From Burkholderiales bacterium (lineage in GTDB: Bacteria > Pseudomonadota > Gammaproteobacteria > Burkholderiales > SG8-39), in contig JBBDXL010000179.1 of NCBI GenBank assembly GCA_040902335.1, forward strand, positions 4,775-68,774: a stretch of DNA of 64,000 bases, written 5' to 3'. Positions within the stretch are counted from its first letter, which is position 1. The number at the start of each line of letters is the position of its first letter. A program made the position numbers and the translations under genes. Shown one piece after another: positions 15,572 to 25,337 of this stretch. The notes beneath the pieces were generated by a model. The model was given only the letters and a program-made list of their open reading frames with translations, was not told the origin of the DNA and did no database searches.

Positions 15572-15594
15572 GCGAAGAACAAGGCATGATCTGA
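15448..15594 (+). pseudogene. Truncated 5' copy (48 codons) of the TIGR02466-like 2OG-Fe(II) oxygenase gene at 33907
   Basis: VESTVHSLFPTLVWEARLAREACAPLNDAILRRLAALRRGAREEQGMI* compared with MESTVHSLFPTLVWEARLAREAYAPLNDAILRRLAARRRGA... at 33907. Confidence 0.75.
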
Positions 15595-15721
15595 CGGGGG
15601 CACTTACGTTCCTCCGGAAGCACTGTGCAGGCCCGGCTGTTTCGTGGGGACTGGGCTTCGCGACGCTCGGGCTCGGGGGCATGACTGCCTTACTCTGCGC
15701 CCTGGCGCTGCGCCGTTTTTG

Positions 15722-16465
15722 ATGGATTTCCATCCTTCTCGCTACGTGCGCTTCGTGGCCGGCGGCCGGCAGGTAGGCTGGCTGCGGCCGGAGCTCGCGG
15801 CGCGCCTCGCCGCCTGGCCGGCGGTGTTCGACGCGAACCCCGATGCGGTCACCCTGTTGCAAAAGGACGCGCTGGCGCCGGTCGTCGAGCAGCTGGCACA
15901 GGAAGGCTTCATCCGGGGCTGGCGCAGCGAGCGCTACCGCATTTCGGAGCTCTTCGAGATCGAGCGCGCCGCCGCGCGGCCCTTCGGGCTCACCACCTAC
16001 GCCGTGCACGTCAATGGAATTTCCTTCGATAATAAAAACATGTGGGTCGCGAGGCGCAGCACGGAGAAGCCGATCGACCCGGGCATGCTCGACAACCTGG
16101 TCGGCGGCGGCTTGACGGCGGGACTTTCGGTCGAGGAAGTGCTGGTGAAAGAAGCGTGGGAGGAAGCCGGTATCGGCGCCGAGCTGGCACGCAGCGCGAC
16201 GCGCGGCGGTACCGTGCGCATCCTGCGCGAGGTGCCCGAGGGCGTGCAGTCGGAGGTGATCTACGTCTACGACCTCGCGCTGCCCGACGACTTCGAGCCG
16301 CGGAACCAGGACGGAGAAGTTTCGGAGTTCAGGCAGTTGTCTTTTGAAGCAGTTCTCAACTGCCAGGAATTCACGTTCGAAGCGGCGCTAGTCGCGATGG
16401 ACTATTTCAGCCGACGAAGCGAACCCCCCGGGTCTGGGCGCAGAGTCGTGGATCCGTCGACTTGA
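15722..16465 (+). CDS. NUDIX hydrolase family protein
   Basis: From ATG 15722: MDFHPSRYVRFVAGG... with a Nudix-box-like GGGLTAGLSVEEVLVKEAWEEAGI. Confidence 0.8.
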   Translation: MDFHPSRYVRFVAGGRQVGWLRPELAARLAAWPAVFDANPDAVTLLQKDALAPVVEQLAQEGFIRGWRSERYRISELFEIERAAARPFGLTTYAVHVNGISFDNKNMWVARRSTEKPIDPGMLDNLVGGGLTAGLSVEEVLVKEAWEEAGIGAELARSATRGGTVRILREVPEGVQSEVIYVYDLALPDDFEPRNQDGEVSEFRQLSFEAVLNCQEFTFEAALVAMDYFSRRSEPPGSGRRVVDPST

Positions 16466-17408
16466 CGGTGACCGGCCGGCCGTCCAGGACTTCGCGGCAG
16501 CGCTCGAGCGTCTCCGCTTCCAGGCGCGCCATCGCCTCGTAGCTGTAGAAGCCGAGGTGCGGCGAGAGGATCACGTTGTCCATGGCGTAGAGCGGGCTCA
16601 GGGGATGCCCGGAGCGCGCGAGCGGCTCGCTCGAGAAGACATCGAGCGCTGCGCCCGCGATGCGCCTTTCCTGCAACGCGCGCAGCAGCGCCATCTCGTC
16701 CACGATCGCTCCCCGCGACACATTGACCAGGAACGCCGTCGGCTTCATGCAGCACAGCGCCCCCTCTCCGATCAGATGCCGCGTCTCGGGCGTGAGCACG
16801 CAGTGCACTGAGACGAAATCGCACTCCGCGATCATGGTCCGGAGGTCTGTTCGCAGATCGGCGTGCGCGCTCTGCGACACATGCGGGTCGCAGGCAAGCA
16901 CGCGCATCCGGAAGGCCGCGGCCATGCGCGCGAAGCTTGAGCCGATCCGCCCCAGCCCGACGAGACCGACCGTCTTGCCCGCGAGATCGCTCGCCAGCCA
17001 TTCTCGCGCCGGCCAGATCCAGCCTTCGCGGTCCATCGCGCGCTGGATCGGCTTCAGCTTTTTCGCGAGCGCGATGAGCAGCGCAAAGGCGCCTTCGGCG
17101 ACGGTTTCCTCGGCGTACTCGGGCACGTTGACCACCGGGATGCCGCGGCTGCGCGCGGCCGCGATGTCGATCGCGTCAATGCCGACGCCGTACTTGACGA
17201 TGCCCTTGAGCCTCGCCGCGGCCTCGATGGCGCGACGCGTGACCGGCGTGTAGCACATAAGCAGCAATTCGGCTTCGCGCAATTCGCGCAGCAGCTCGTC
17301 TTCGCTGACGCCGCCAGGCAGAAGCACGAGCTCGTGGCCAGCCGCGCGCAGCGCCGAGTCGACGCGCGGCACCTCGAGCTCGCGGTCGGTGCGAACTATC
17401 CTTGCCAC
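16407..17408 (-). CDS. D-isomer-specific 2-hydroxyacid dehydrogenase family protein
   Basis: 333 aa with [16 protein letters not shown] motif and a C-terminal ...NVILSPHLG catalytic His region. Confidence 0.9.
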   Translation of the reverse strand: MARIVRTDRELEVPRVDSALRAAGHELVLLPGGVSEDELLRELREAELLLMCYTPVTRRAIEAAARLKGIVKYGVGIDAIDIAAARSRGIPVVNVPEYAEETVAEGAFALLIALAKKLKPIQRAMDREGWIWPAREWLASDLAGKTVGLVGLGRIGSSFARMAAAFRMRVLACDPHVSQSAHADLRTDLRTMIAECDFVSVHCVLTPETRHLIGEGALCCMKPTAFLVNVSRGAIVDEMALLRALQERRIAGAALDVFSSEPLARSGHPLSPLYAMDNVILSPHLGFYSYEAMARLEAETLERCREVLDGRPVTVKSTDPRLCAQTRGVRFVG

Positions 17409-19714
17409 GGTGCCTTGAGCGCGGCCTTCGCCGCCACCACGCGGCCCGAGACCTCGATCTCGTAGCGGCCGGCAAGAACGCCTTGCGCGGTCTCGGGCTT
17501 CGCCGAGTAAACGAATCCCATCGCCACCATGGTGCCGAGCGAGGCGCTGTAGCCCACCGAGGTCAGCTCGCCCACCGGCTTGTCGTCGCGCAGGATCGGC
17601 TCTCCGCCCCAGGCGAACAGTTCCGTCGCGGGGAAGGTGAACATCAGCAGCCGCTTCGCCAGCCCCGGCTTCGGGGGTTCGCGCTTGTCGCGCCTTACCG
17701 CAAACTCAAGCCCGGCCTCGTAAGGCGTGCAGTCCGGGGACAGCTCGGCGCCGAAGGCGCGCCGGCCGGCCTCGATGCGCAGTGCGTCGAGCGCGTAGTA
17801 GCCGCAATCCTTCAACCCGAGGTCGCTGCCGGCATCCCACAACCGGTCGTAGAGGCTCGCCGCATCCTCCACCGGCACATAGAGCTCCCAGCCCGGTCCG
17901 CCGGCATAGGATGCGGGCACGGCTCGCGCCTCGTCTTTCAATGTCAGTCTTGAAAGCAGAGTGCCGGCGTTCGGCCCGAGCACCGAGATCACCGACCAGG
18001 CGTCGCTCACGTCTTCGACGGTGACGTTTTCGTTGCTCCTTATTTGACGGCGAATCCACGCCGCATCGCGCACCGGCTGCGCCGAGCCCGTGACTATGAA
18101 GAACGCATCGTCGCCCCAGCGCTGCACGGTGACGTCGCTCTCGTAGCCGCCCTTGCGGTTGAGCATCGGTGTATAGGTAAGGCTGCCAATGCGGTTCGCG
18201 CAGACCCGCTCGAGCAGGGTCTGCGCGTCCCGCCCGCGCACGAGAAGCTTGCCGAACGAAGTCTGGTCGAACACGCCCGCCGCCCCGCGCACCGCGCGCT
18301 GCTCGGCAATGCAGGCGTCGAGCCAGTTCGGCCGGCCGAGGGTGTATTGAAGTTTTTCGCCAGTAACGGAAAACCAGTTGGCGCGTTCCCAGCCGAACTT
18401 TGATCCGAACAAGGCGCCTTTCGCCTTCAAGCGCCCGTAGAGCGGCGAGACGCGCAGCGGCCGGCCCGATTCCAGCTCGTGGCGCGGCCAGCGCATCGCG
18501 TAATGCAGGCCGAGCGTCTCCACGGTACGCTCCTTGAGCCATTTCGAATCCGCGGCGAACGCGCCGAAGCGCCGGATATCCACCTCGAACAGGTCCATCG
18601 GTGCCTCGCCGCCCGCGATCCACTCGGCAAGCAGCTTCCCCGCGCCGCCGGCGTTGGCGATCCCCGCGGAGTTGAAGCCGGCGGCGACGAAGTAGCTCCT
18701 GAGCTCCGGTGCCTCGCCCAGGATGAAGTTGCCGTCGGGGGTGAAGCTCTCCGGGCCGTTGAGCAGCAGCTTCACGCCCGCGGTCTCGAGCGCAGGCACG
18801 CGATGCATCGCCGCCTCCATCAACGGCTGGAACTGCTCCCAGTCCTCGGGCAGCAGCTGGAACTCGAACTTCTCCGGTATGCCGCCCATCCCCCAGGGCT
18901 TGGCCACCGGCTCGAAGCCGCCCATGACGAGACCGCCGACCTCCTCCTTGAAATAGATGAAGCCGTCGGGATCGCGCATCACCGGCAGCATCGGATGCAC
19001 GCCCGCGATCGGCCCGGTGACGAGGTAGAAGTGCTCGGCCGAGTGCAGCGGGATGTTGACGCCGCTTTGCGCGCCGAGCGCCCGCGCCCATTGCCCGGCG
19101 CAATTGACCAGTACCGAACATTGAACGTCACCCGCCGTGGTCGCTACACCCGTTAGGGCATTGTTATGCAAACGAACGCCCGTCACGCGCACGCCTTCGT
19201 GGATCTTCACGCCCAGATTGCGCGCCCCCTTGGCGAGGCTTTGCGCCAGGTCCGCCGGGTTTGCCTTGCCGTCGGCGGGAAACCAGAGCGCGCCCTGCAG
19301 GTCGTCGATGCGCAGCAGTGGCCATTTCTCCAGCGCTTCGCGCGGCGTGAGCAGCTCGACCTCGATGCCGAAGCTGCGCGCCATCGCCGCCTGGCGCCGG
19401 AACACGATCCAGCGCTCGGGCGTTCGCGCGACATTCACGCTGCCGCAGCGCTTCCATCCGGTGGCGAGGCCGGTTTCCTGCTCCAACGTCGCGTAAAGCT
19501 GCGTGCCGTACTGGCTCATGCGCGTCATCGAGCGGTTCGGCCGCATCTGGCCGACCAGCCCCGCCGCGTGCCAGGTGGTGCCGCAGGTGAGGCGGCCCTG
19601 GTCGAGGAGGACGATGTCGCGCTTGCCGAGCTTCGCCAGGTGGTAGGCGACGCTTATGCCGACGATGCCGCCGCCGATGACGACGATTGCGGCATGCGAA
19701 GGGAGCCCGGTCAT
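17396..19714 (-). CDS. Dimethylglycine/sarcosine-dehydrogenase-like fusion: FAD-dependent oxidoreductase (DAO) domain plus GcvT-type folate-binding aminomethyltransferase domain
   Basis: From ATG 19714: [31 protein letters not shown]...[12 protein letters not shown] (FAD dinucleotide fold), then ...[13 protein letters not shown]...[10 protein letters not shown]...[11 protein letters not shown] (GcvT-like). The part of track ORF 17396..20113 upstream of 19714 is junk. ATGA overlap with the EamA stop. Confidence 0.88.
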   Translation of the reverse strand: MTGLPSHAAIVVIGGGIVGISVAYHLAKLGKRDIVLLDQGRLTCGTTWHAAGLVGQMRPNRSMTRMSQYGTQLYATLEQETGLATGWKRCGSVNVARTPERWIVFRRQAAMARSFGIEVELLTPREALEKWPLLRIDDLQGALWFPADGKANPADLAQSLAKGARNLGVKIHEGVRVTGVRLHNNALTGVATTAGDVQCSVLVNCAGQWARALGAQSGVNIPLHSAEHFYLVTGPIAGVHPMLPVMRDPDGFIYFKEEVGGLVMGGFEPVAKPWGMGGIPEKFEFQLLPEDWEQFQPLMEAAMHRVPALETAGVKLLLNGPESFTPDGNFILGEAPELRSYFVAAGFNSAGIANAGGAGKLLAEWIAGGEAPMDLFEVDIRRFGAFAADSKWLKERTVETLGLHYAMRWPRHELESGRPLRVSPLYGRLKAKGALFGSKFGWERANWFSVTGEKLQYTLGRPNWLDACIAEQRAVRGAAGVFDQTSFGKLLVRGRDAQTLLERVCANRIGSLTYTPMLNRKGGYESDVTVQRWGDDAFFIVTGSAQPVRDAAWIRRQIRSNENVTVEDVSDAWSVISVLGPNAGTLLSRLTLKDEARAVPASYAGGPGWELYVPVEDAASLYDRLWDAGSDLGLKDCGYYALDALRIEAGRRAFGAELSPDCTPYEAGLEFAVRRDKREPPKPGLAKRLLMFTFPATELFAWGGEPILRDDKPVGELTSVGYSASLGTMVAMGFVYSAKPETAQGVLAGRYEIEVSGRVVAAKAALKAPWQG

Positions 19715-20568
19715 GCCTTGAGCGCGATCACGCCGGCCGCGACCGCGAGCGCACCGGCGATGCGGCGTGCGCCGAAGGGTTCCTTCAGCAGCCAGGCGCC
19801 GAGCAGCGCCGCGAAGATCACCGAGGTTTCGCGCAGCGCGGCAATCGCGGCGATCGGCGCGCGCGTCATCGCCCACAGGGCGATGCCGTAGGCCACCACC
19901 GAGCCGGCGCCACCCACGAGACCGCGCACCCAGTAGCGGCCCGCGTAATGCAAAAGCTCGCCGCGGCGCCCCCAGGCGACCATCAGCACGTAGGGAAAGC
20001 CGTCGAGAAAAAAGATCCACAGCGCGTAGCTCTCCGCACGACCCGAGAGCCTGACGCCGGCGCCGTCCACGAGGGTATAGGTAGCGATGATGACGGCATT
20101 CGCGAGCGCCCAAGCGGTCGCGCGGCGGTTATGCAGCCACGAGCCACCGCCGGCGAAGCTGATGCCGATGACGCCGGCGCTGATGAGCATGATCCCCGCC
20201 CACATCCACGCACCCGGGATCTCGCCCAGCATCAGCACCCCGAAACCGGCCACCAGAAGCGGGGCGATGCCGCGCATCAGAGGATAGCCGTGCGAGAGAT
20301 CTCCGGCGCGGTAGGTCGCCACCAGCGCGACGAAATAGCCGATATGGATCGCCACCGACGCCGCGAGGTAGGGCCAGCTCTCCGGCGCCGGGAGCGGAAC
20401 GAAAAGCAGAAACGGGACTGCAACCAGGGCGCCGCCGCCCACCACGCCGGCGAGGTCGAGCGCCGGGTCGCTGCTGCCCTTGATCATCGCGTTCCACGCT
20501 GCGTGGAGCAGCGCGGCGCCGAGCACGGCGAGCGTGACCGGAGCCGACAGCCCGGCCGCTTCGCTCAT
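19711..20568 (-). CDS. EamA/DMT-family transporter
   Basis: 285 aa, about 10 hydrophobic segments, two EamA repeats. Confidence 0.85.
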   Translation of the reverse strand: MSEAAGLSAPVTLAVLGAALLHAAWNAMIKGSSDPALDLAGVVGGGALVAVPFLLFVPLPAPESWPYLAASVAIHIGYFVALVATYRAGDLSHGYPLMRGIAPLLVAGFGVLMLGEIPGAWMWAGIMLISAGVIGISFAGGGSWLHNRRATAWALANAVIIATYTLVDGAGVRLSGRAESYALWIFFLDGFPYVLMVAWGRRGELLHYAGRYWVRGLVGGAGSVVAYGIALWAMTRAPIAAIAALRETSVIFAALLGAWLLKEPFGARRIAGALAVAAGVIALKA

Positions 20569-21875
20569 GCAGCGATCGCGGCCTCGACGATGTCGAGCGC
20601 GCGGTCGAGCTCTTCTTCCCGGATGATGAGCGGGGGCGCGAGCACCAGCACGCGACCCTGCCCGACCTTGAACGAGAGCCCCTGCGAGAGGCAGCGGTAC
20701 ATGACCTCCTCGGCCAGCGCCGCGTCGTTCAGCTCGATCCCGAGCAGCAGGCCGATGCCGCGCACGTCGGCGACTGCAGGATGCCTCATCTCCCGTAACC
20801 GGGCGAGGGCTCGTTCACCGAGGCGCGTTGCGCGTGCAAGCAGATCCTCGGATTCGACGACCTCGAGCGCGGCAAGTGCCGCGGCGCAGCCGACCGGGCT
20901 CTTCTCGTGCGTGTAGTGGCCGAGCGCGCGCTCGCCCGCGATATCGAGGCCGGCGCGCGCGACGAGCGCCGCCATCGGAAACACGCCCCCGCCGAGGCCT
21001 TTCCCCAGCACCACCATGTCGGGAACGATGCCGTAGCGCTCGAAAGCGAACATCGTTCCGGTACGGCCAAGGCCCACCGCGATCTCGTCGAGGACGAGAA
21101 GCGCGCCGTGACGGTCGCAGGCCGCGCGCAGCTTCTCGTAGTAATCGGGCGGCGGCACCTGCACGTCGGTCGAGCGCACCGTTTCCACCACCACCGCCGC
21201 GACGTCCTCCTCCTTGCCGAGCACGTACTCGACGTAGTCGGCGCAGCGCGCGTTGCAGGCGCCGTTGCAGCCGAAATGGCAGTTGCGCGGATCGCAGGGC
21301 TGCACGTGCTCGGTGCCGGACAGGAGCGGCCCGATGTCGCGGCGAAACAGAGCTTCACCGCCGAGCGAGATCGCGTCCAGGGAGGCGCCGTGGAACGAGT
21401 CCCACATCGAAAGCGTCTTGTGCCGGCCGGTGGCGAGGCGCGCGAGCTTGAGCGCCATGCCGATCGCCTCGGTGCCGCCGGGCGCGAATAGGACCTTCCC
21501 CAGATCGCCGGGCGCAAGGCGTGCGAGCCTGCGCGCAAGGGCGACGGCGGTCTCGTTGGTGTAGCGGCGCGGCGAGAAGGGAAGCGTATCGAGCGCGCGC
21601 TTCACCGCTTCGATCACGCGCGGATGGCCGTGGCCGACCTGGTGCACGCTGTTGCCGTGGAAATCCATCACCCGGCGGCCTTCCAGGTCCTCGAGCCAGA
21701 TTCCCGAGGCCGACTTGAGCGCGCTCAGGCAGGGCGTGGACAGCGACTGGTGCAGGAAATAGCGCGCGTCCTCGGCGAGCAGCGCCCGGGTGGCGGGACC
21801 GAGCTTGTCCGCTTGCCATTGTCCGCGCCGCGGCGAAAGATTGACGTCGCCCTCCGCGGACCGGTCCCTAGGCAT
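20565..21875 (-). CDS. Class-III (omega) PLP aminotransferase-fold enzyme; position suggests a PbfA-type enzyme
   Basis: 436 aa: ...DFHGNSVHQVGHGHPRV..., DEIAVGLGRTGTMFAFE.., GKGLGGG.FPMAA. It sits between phnX and the exporter in the AEP locus. The PbfA assignment is inference from context only. Confidence 0.85.
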   Translation of the reverse strand: MPRDRSAEGDVNLSPRRGQWQADKLGPATRALLAEDARYFLHQSLSTPCLSALKSASGIWLEDLEGRRVMDFHGNSVHQVGHGHPRVIEAVKRALDTLPFSPRRYTNETAVALARRLARLAPGDLGKVLFAPGGTEAIGMALKLARLATGRHKTLSMWDSFHGASLDAISLGGEALFRRDIGPLLSGTEHVQPCDPRNCHFGCNGACNARCADYVEYVLGKEEDVAAVVVETVRSTDVQVPPPDYYEKLRAACDRHGALLVLDEIAVGLGRTGTMFAFERYGIVPDMVVLGKGLGGGVFPMAALVARAGLDIAGERALGHYTHEKSPVGCAAALAALEVVESEDLLARATRLGERALARLREMRHPAVADVRGIGLLLGIELNDAALAEEVMYRCLSQGLSFKVGQGRVLVLAPPLIIREEELDRALDIVEAAIAA

Positions 21876-22242
21876 GCTTTTGGTTGGCCGTGCCGTTGAC
21901 GAATTCCTCGCGCAGGCGCGTCGGCGCGAGCGCCCCCGCCTGCTCGAGGATCGGGTAGGCGACCGAGCAGATGTGCGAGTTGATGCGCTTGAAGTCGTTG
22001 ATGATGTCGAGGTGAAGGGAGCTCGTCTCGATCGACTGCACCGTCTGCCAGGCGAGGCGGTTCAGGTGCGCGTCGCCGTACTGGCGCTCGAGGTTGCGGA
22101 ACTCGACCTTGGTCCCGAGCAGCATCTGCGCGCTCTTCAGGTCGCCGTTGAGGAATACGTTCAGCCCCAGGCGCAGGTTTGCGACCAGGCGCCCCCAAAC
22201 GAGCAGCGCGATTCCCGAGAGGATGCTGACCAGCGTGTGCAT
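21868..22242 (-). pseudogene. Na/Pi-cotransporter (YjbB/NptA-like) C-terminal PhoU-like fragment, 124 aa
   Basis: ..SIETSSLHLDIINDFKRINSHICSVAYPILE.. is the characteristic C-terminal region of ~550-aa Na/Pi cotransporter family proteins. The whole membrane domain is absent. It may still be translated as a stand-alone PhoU-like protein. Confidence 0.55.
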
Positions 22243-22261
22243 CAGGTTCTTGCCTTTGGCG

Positions 22262-23092
22262 TCAGGCCGCTTCCCCGCGTCGGATGCGCGCCTGAATGTC
22301 GTCGATGCAGGGCATGATATCCGCGATGGTATCCACTACATAGTGTGCACCGCATTGCCCCATGCGTGTGCGGGCGCGCTCGCGCTTCACCCGCTGCTCG
22401 GCTTCCGCTAACGCCTGCCACTGCTTGAGCGTCAATCCCACCTCGTTGCCGCTGACCGCGAGCCCGATGGTCCACATTCCGGCGTTCAGGCCCTCCTCGA
22501 CGCCGGGAACGGTGTCGTCGATCTTGACGCAGGCCTGCACCGTGCTCACGCGGAGATTGATCACGTTCTGCAGGCACATATAGGGATAGGGGCGCCCGGC
22601 GGGCACGTCGGCCGCGCAGACCGTGGCGTCCGGCTGGTAGCCCTGGCGCTTCGCGTCTGCGAGATTGATCTTCATCATTTCGGTGAGATAGCCGGTGGTC
22701 GAGCCGATCTTGATGCCGCGCGCGCGCAGCTCCGCGACCGCCTCCAGCGTGCCCGGAATGAGGGCCGAATAGTTGGACAGGCACTCGAGCTGCAGCGGCA
22801 CGAAATCGGCGAACATCGCGCTCACGTCGTCGTCGTCAGGTGTCCGCCCGTGCGCCTCCTGCCAGCGCCGGCGCACCGAGTCGAGCTCGGTGATGCGCTG
22901 GATGTGCACGCGCTTGTGCGCTCCCATGGGCGCGCGCGCCTCCTCGATGGTGATCGGCACCTGCTTGCGCCGGAATACCTCCACGAACACCACTGCCGGC
23001 GCCATGCAGCCGAAGTCCATGGTGGTTCCGGCCCAGTCGAGCAGCACCGCCTCGATCGGCCCGCGGTAGCTGCGCTTATAGCTGAAGTTCAT
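22262..23092 (-). CDS. phnX: Phosphonoacetaldehyde hydrolase (phosphonatase)
   Basis: 276 aa. AVLLDWAGTTMDFGCMAP is the HAD motif I with the phosphonatase-type context. Strong SD GGGGAGGG. Confidence 0.92.
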   Translation of the reverse strand: MNFSYKRSYRGPIEAVLLDWAGTTMDFGCMAPAVVFVEVFRRKQVPITIEEARAPMGAHKRVHIQRITELDSVRRRWQEAHGRTPDDDDVSAMFADFVPLQLECLSNYSALIPGTLEAVAELRARGIKIGSTTGYLTEMMKINLADAKRQGYQPDATVCAADVPAGRPYPYMCLQNVINLRVSTVQACVKIDDTVPGVEEGLNAGMWTIGLAVSGNEVGLTLKQWQALAEAEQRVKRERARTRMGQCGAHYVVDTIADIMPCIDDIQARIRRGEAA

Positions 23093-23155
23093 TCACCCTC
23101 CCCCGCGAGTTAAGTGTATCGTATGTCGCTTGTGGTCCACCAAGGGGAGGGAGTC

Positions 23156-24178
23156 ATGAATAGCTTTCGTTTTGCCCTTATCGCGGCCGCTCTGCTGGCC
23201 GCCGCAGGCACCGGGACGGCGCACGCGAAGACCGACCTGCTCGTCTACACGGCGGTCGAGGCGGACGAGCTCGCCAAGTTCAAGGGCGCGTTCGAAAAGG
23301 CGAACCCCGATATCGAGATCAAATGGGTGCGTGACTCGACCGGCATCGTCACCGCCAAGTTGCTTGCAGAGAAAGCCAACCCGCAGGCCGACATCGTCTG
23401 GGGTCACGCGGCAACGAGCTTGCTGCAGTTGGTGGCCGAGGGTTATTTCCAGCCTTACGCGCCGAAGGGCGTGGAAAAGCTCAGTCCCAAGTTCGTGGAT
23501 CAGCAGCACAAGCCGCCGCTGTGGGTAGGCCAGCGCGCCTATGCCGCGTCGGTGTGCTACAACACCGTCGAGGGCAAGAAGAAGAATCTGCCGGTCCCGA
23601 CATCGTGGCAGGATTTGACGAAGCCCGTTTACAAGGGCAGCGTCGTCATGCCCAATCCGAATTCCTCGGGTACCGGCTTCCTCGACGTCTCGAGCTGGAT
23701 ACAGATCTGGGGTGAGCAGAAGGCCTGGAAGTTCATGGACGGATTGCATGAAAACATCGCGTGGTACACGCACTCCGGATCGAAGCCCTGCAAGCAGGCG
23801 GCGGCGGGCGAGATTCCGATCGGCGTGTCGTTCGATTATCGCGTGGTGAAGTCGATCGAGGAGGGGGCCCCGCTGAAGCTCATCCTCCCGAAGGAAGGCC
23901 TCGGCTGGGAGCTGGAAGCTTTTGCCATCGTCAAGAACACGAACAAGCTCGACGCAGCGCGCAGGCTCGCGGACTGGACGATCACGCCCGAGGCGATGAA
24001 GCTTCATGCCCCCGGTTACTCGATGGTCGCGCTTCCCGGTGTGCCCAACCCGCTCAAGGATTTCCCGAAGCTCGAGGACAAGATGATCAACAACGACTTC
24101 GCGTGGGCCGGCACCAACCGCGAGCGCATCCTGAAGGAGTGGCAGAGGCGCTACGACGCGAAGTCGGAGAAGAAGTAA
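23156..24178 (+). CDS. 2-aminoethylphosphonate-type ABC transporter, periplasmic substrate-binding protein (PhnS2-like)
   Basis: From ATG 23156: MNSFRFALIAAALLAAAGTGTAHA signal peptide, then a Fe3+/AEP-family SBP fold. SD GGGGAGGGAG. Confidence 0.88.
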   Translation: MNSFRFALIAAALLAAAGTGTAHAKTDLLVYTAVEADELAKFKGAFEKANPDIEIKWVRDSTGIVTAKLLAEKANPQADIVWGHAATSLLQLVAEGYFQPYAPKGVEKLSPKFVDQQHKPPLWVGQRAYAASVCYNTVEGKKKNLPVPTSWQDLTKPVYKGSVVMPNPNSSGTGFLDVSSWIQIWGEQKAWKFMDGLHENIAWYTHSGSKPCKQAAAGEIPIGVSFDYRVVKSIEEGAPLKLILPKEGLGWELEAFAIVKNTNKLDAARRLADWTITPEAMKLHAPGYSMVALPGVPNPLKDFPKLEDKMINNDFAWAGTNRERILKEWQRRYDAKSEKK

Positions 24179-24222
24179 CGCGGCCGATACGGTTCGGCGG
24201 GGCCCTTGTTTCCAGCGGCGCC

Positions 24223-25326
24223 ATGGTCATTGAACGCGACACGTCGCCGGGAGCGCCGTACCTGCGGATCGCGGGCCTCACGAAGACGTTCGGCGCCTTC
24301 ACGGCGCTGAAGGACATCTCGCTCGAGGTCTATCAGAGCGAATTCATCTGTTGCCTCGGGCCGTCGGGCTGCGGCAAGACCACATTGCTGCGCTGTATCG
24401 CCGGGCTCGACATCCAGACGAGCGGCCGCGTCGAGCAGGCGGGCCGGGACGTCTCGGGGCTGCCGCCCTCGGAGCGCGATTTCGGCATCGTGTTCCAGTC
24501 CTACGCCTTGTTTCCGAACTTGAGCGTCTTCAAGAACATTGCCTACGGGCTCGAGAACCGCAGGCTCGGCAAGGCCGAGGTCAGGCGGCGGGTGAGAGAG
24601 TTGCTGGAGCTGGTCGGTATGCCGGAGGAGGTGCAGAAGTACCCGGCGCAGCTCTCCGGTGGACAGCAGCAGCGCGTGGCGCTCGTGCGCGCGCTCGCGC
24701 TCTCGCCGGGGCTGCTGTTGCTCGACGAGCCGTTGTCGGCGCTGGATGCGCGGGTGCGGGTGCACCTGCGCCACGAGGTGCGAGGGCTGCAAAGGCGCCT
24801 TGGCGTGACCACGATCATGGTCACCCATGACCAGGAAGAGGCGCTGACGATGGCCGACCGCATCGTGGTGATGAACCGGGGTGTGATCGAGCAGGTCGGT
24901 AGCCCGATCGAGATCTACCGCGAACCGGCGACCGCGTTCGTGGCTGATTTCGTCGGCACGATGAATTTCATGCCTGCCGTCGTTGCCGGCCCGAACAGGG
25001 TCCGGCTGGGCCGGATCGAGCTCGAATGTGCAGGCGGCCTCGACGGGGCGATCCCGGGGGCGCGGGTCACGCTCGCCCTGCGCCCGGAGGACGTGGCCGT
25101 GCGCAACGTGGCGAGCGACGGGGTCAACGGCTTCGCGGCAAGGATCGTGGACATGGAATTTCTCGGCTCCTTCTACCGCGTCCAACTCGCGGCCGACGAC
25201 ATCGACAAGAGCCGAATCACGGCCGATCTCTCGATCAACGATGTGCGCGATCTGTCGCTCGCGCGGGACATGACCATCGCGGTCGCCCTGCCGCGGGAAC
25301 GGATTCGCGTTTTCGCCGGCGGCTAG
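24223..25326 (+). CDS. AEP-type ABC transporter ATP-binding protein (PhnT2-like)
   Basis: From ATG 24223: Walker A GPSGCGKTT, signature LSGGQQQRVAL, Walker B LLLLDEP. Confidence 0.9.
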   Translation: MVIERDTSPGAPYLRIAGLTKTFGAFTALKDISLEVYQSEFICCLGPSGCGKTTLLRCIAGLDIQTSGRVEQAGRDVSGLPPSERDFGIVFQSYALFPNLSVFKNIAYGLENRRLGKAEVRRRVRELLELVGMPEEVQKYPAQLSGGQQQRVALVRALALSPGLLLLDEPLSALDARVRVHLRHEVRGLQRRLGVTTIMVTHDQEEALTMADRIVVMNRGVIEQVGSPIEIYREPATAFVADFVGTMNFMPAVVAGPNRVRLGRIELECAGGLDGAIPGARVTLALRPEDVAVRNVASDGVNGFAARIVDMEFLGSFYRVQLAADDIDKSRITADLSINDVRDLSLARDMTIAVALPRERIRVFAGG

Positions 25327-25337
25327 GCGCCGCACGC

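Noticed and set aside
16407-16465. 59-nt convergent overlap between the NUDIX and 2-hydroxyacid dehydrogenase genes, considered as a possible antisense-regulation feature
   Set aside because: It is probably just 3'-end overlap in a compact insert. The last ~20 NUDIX codons (..[17 protein letters not shown]) look non-conserved and may simply be read-through until the first stop.
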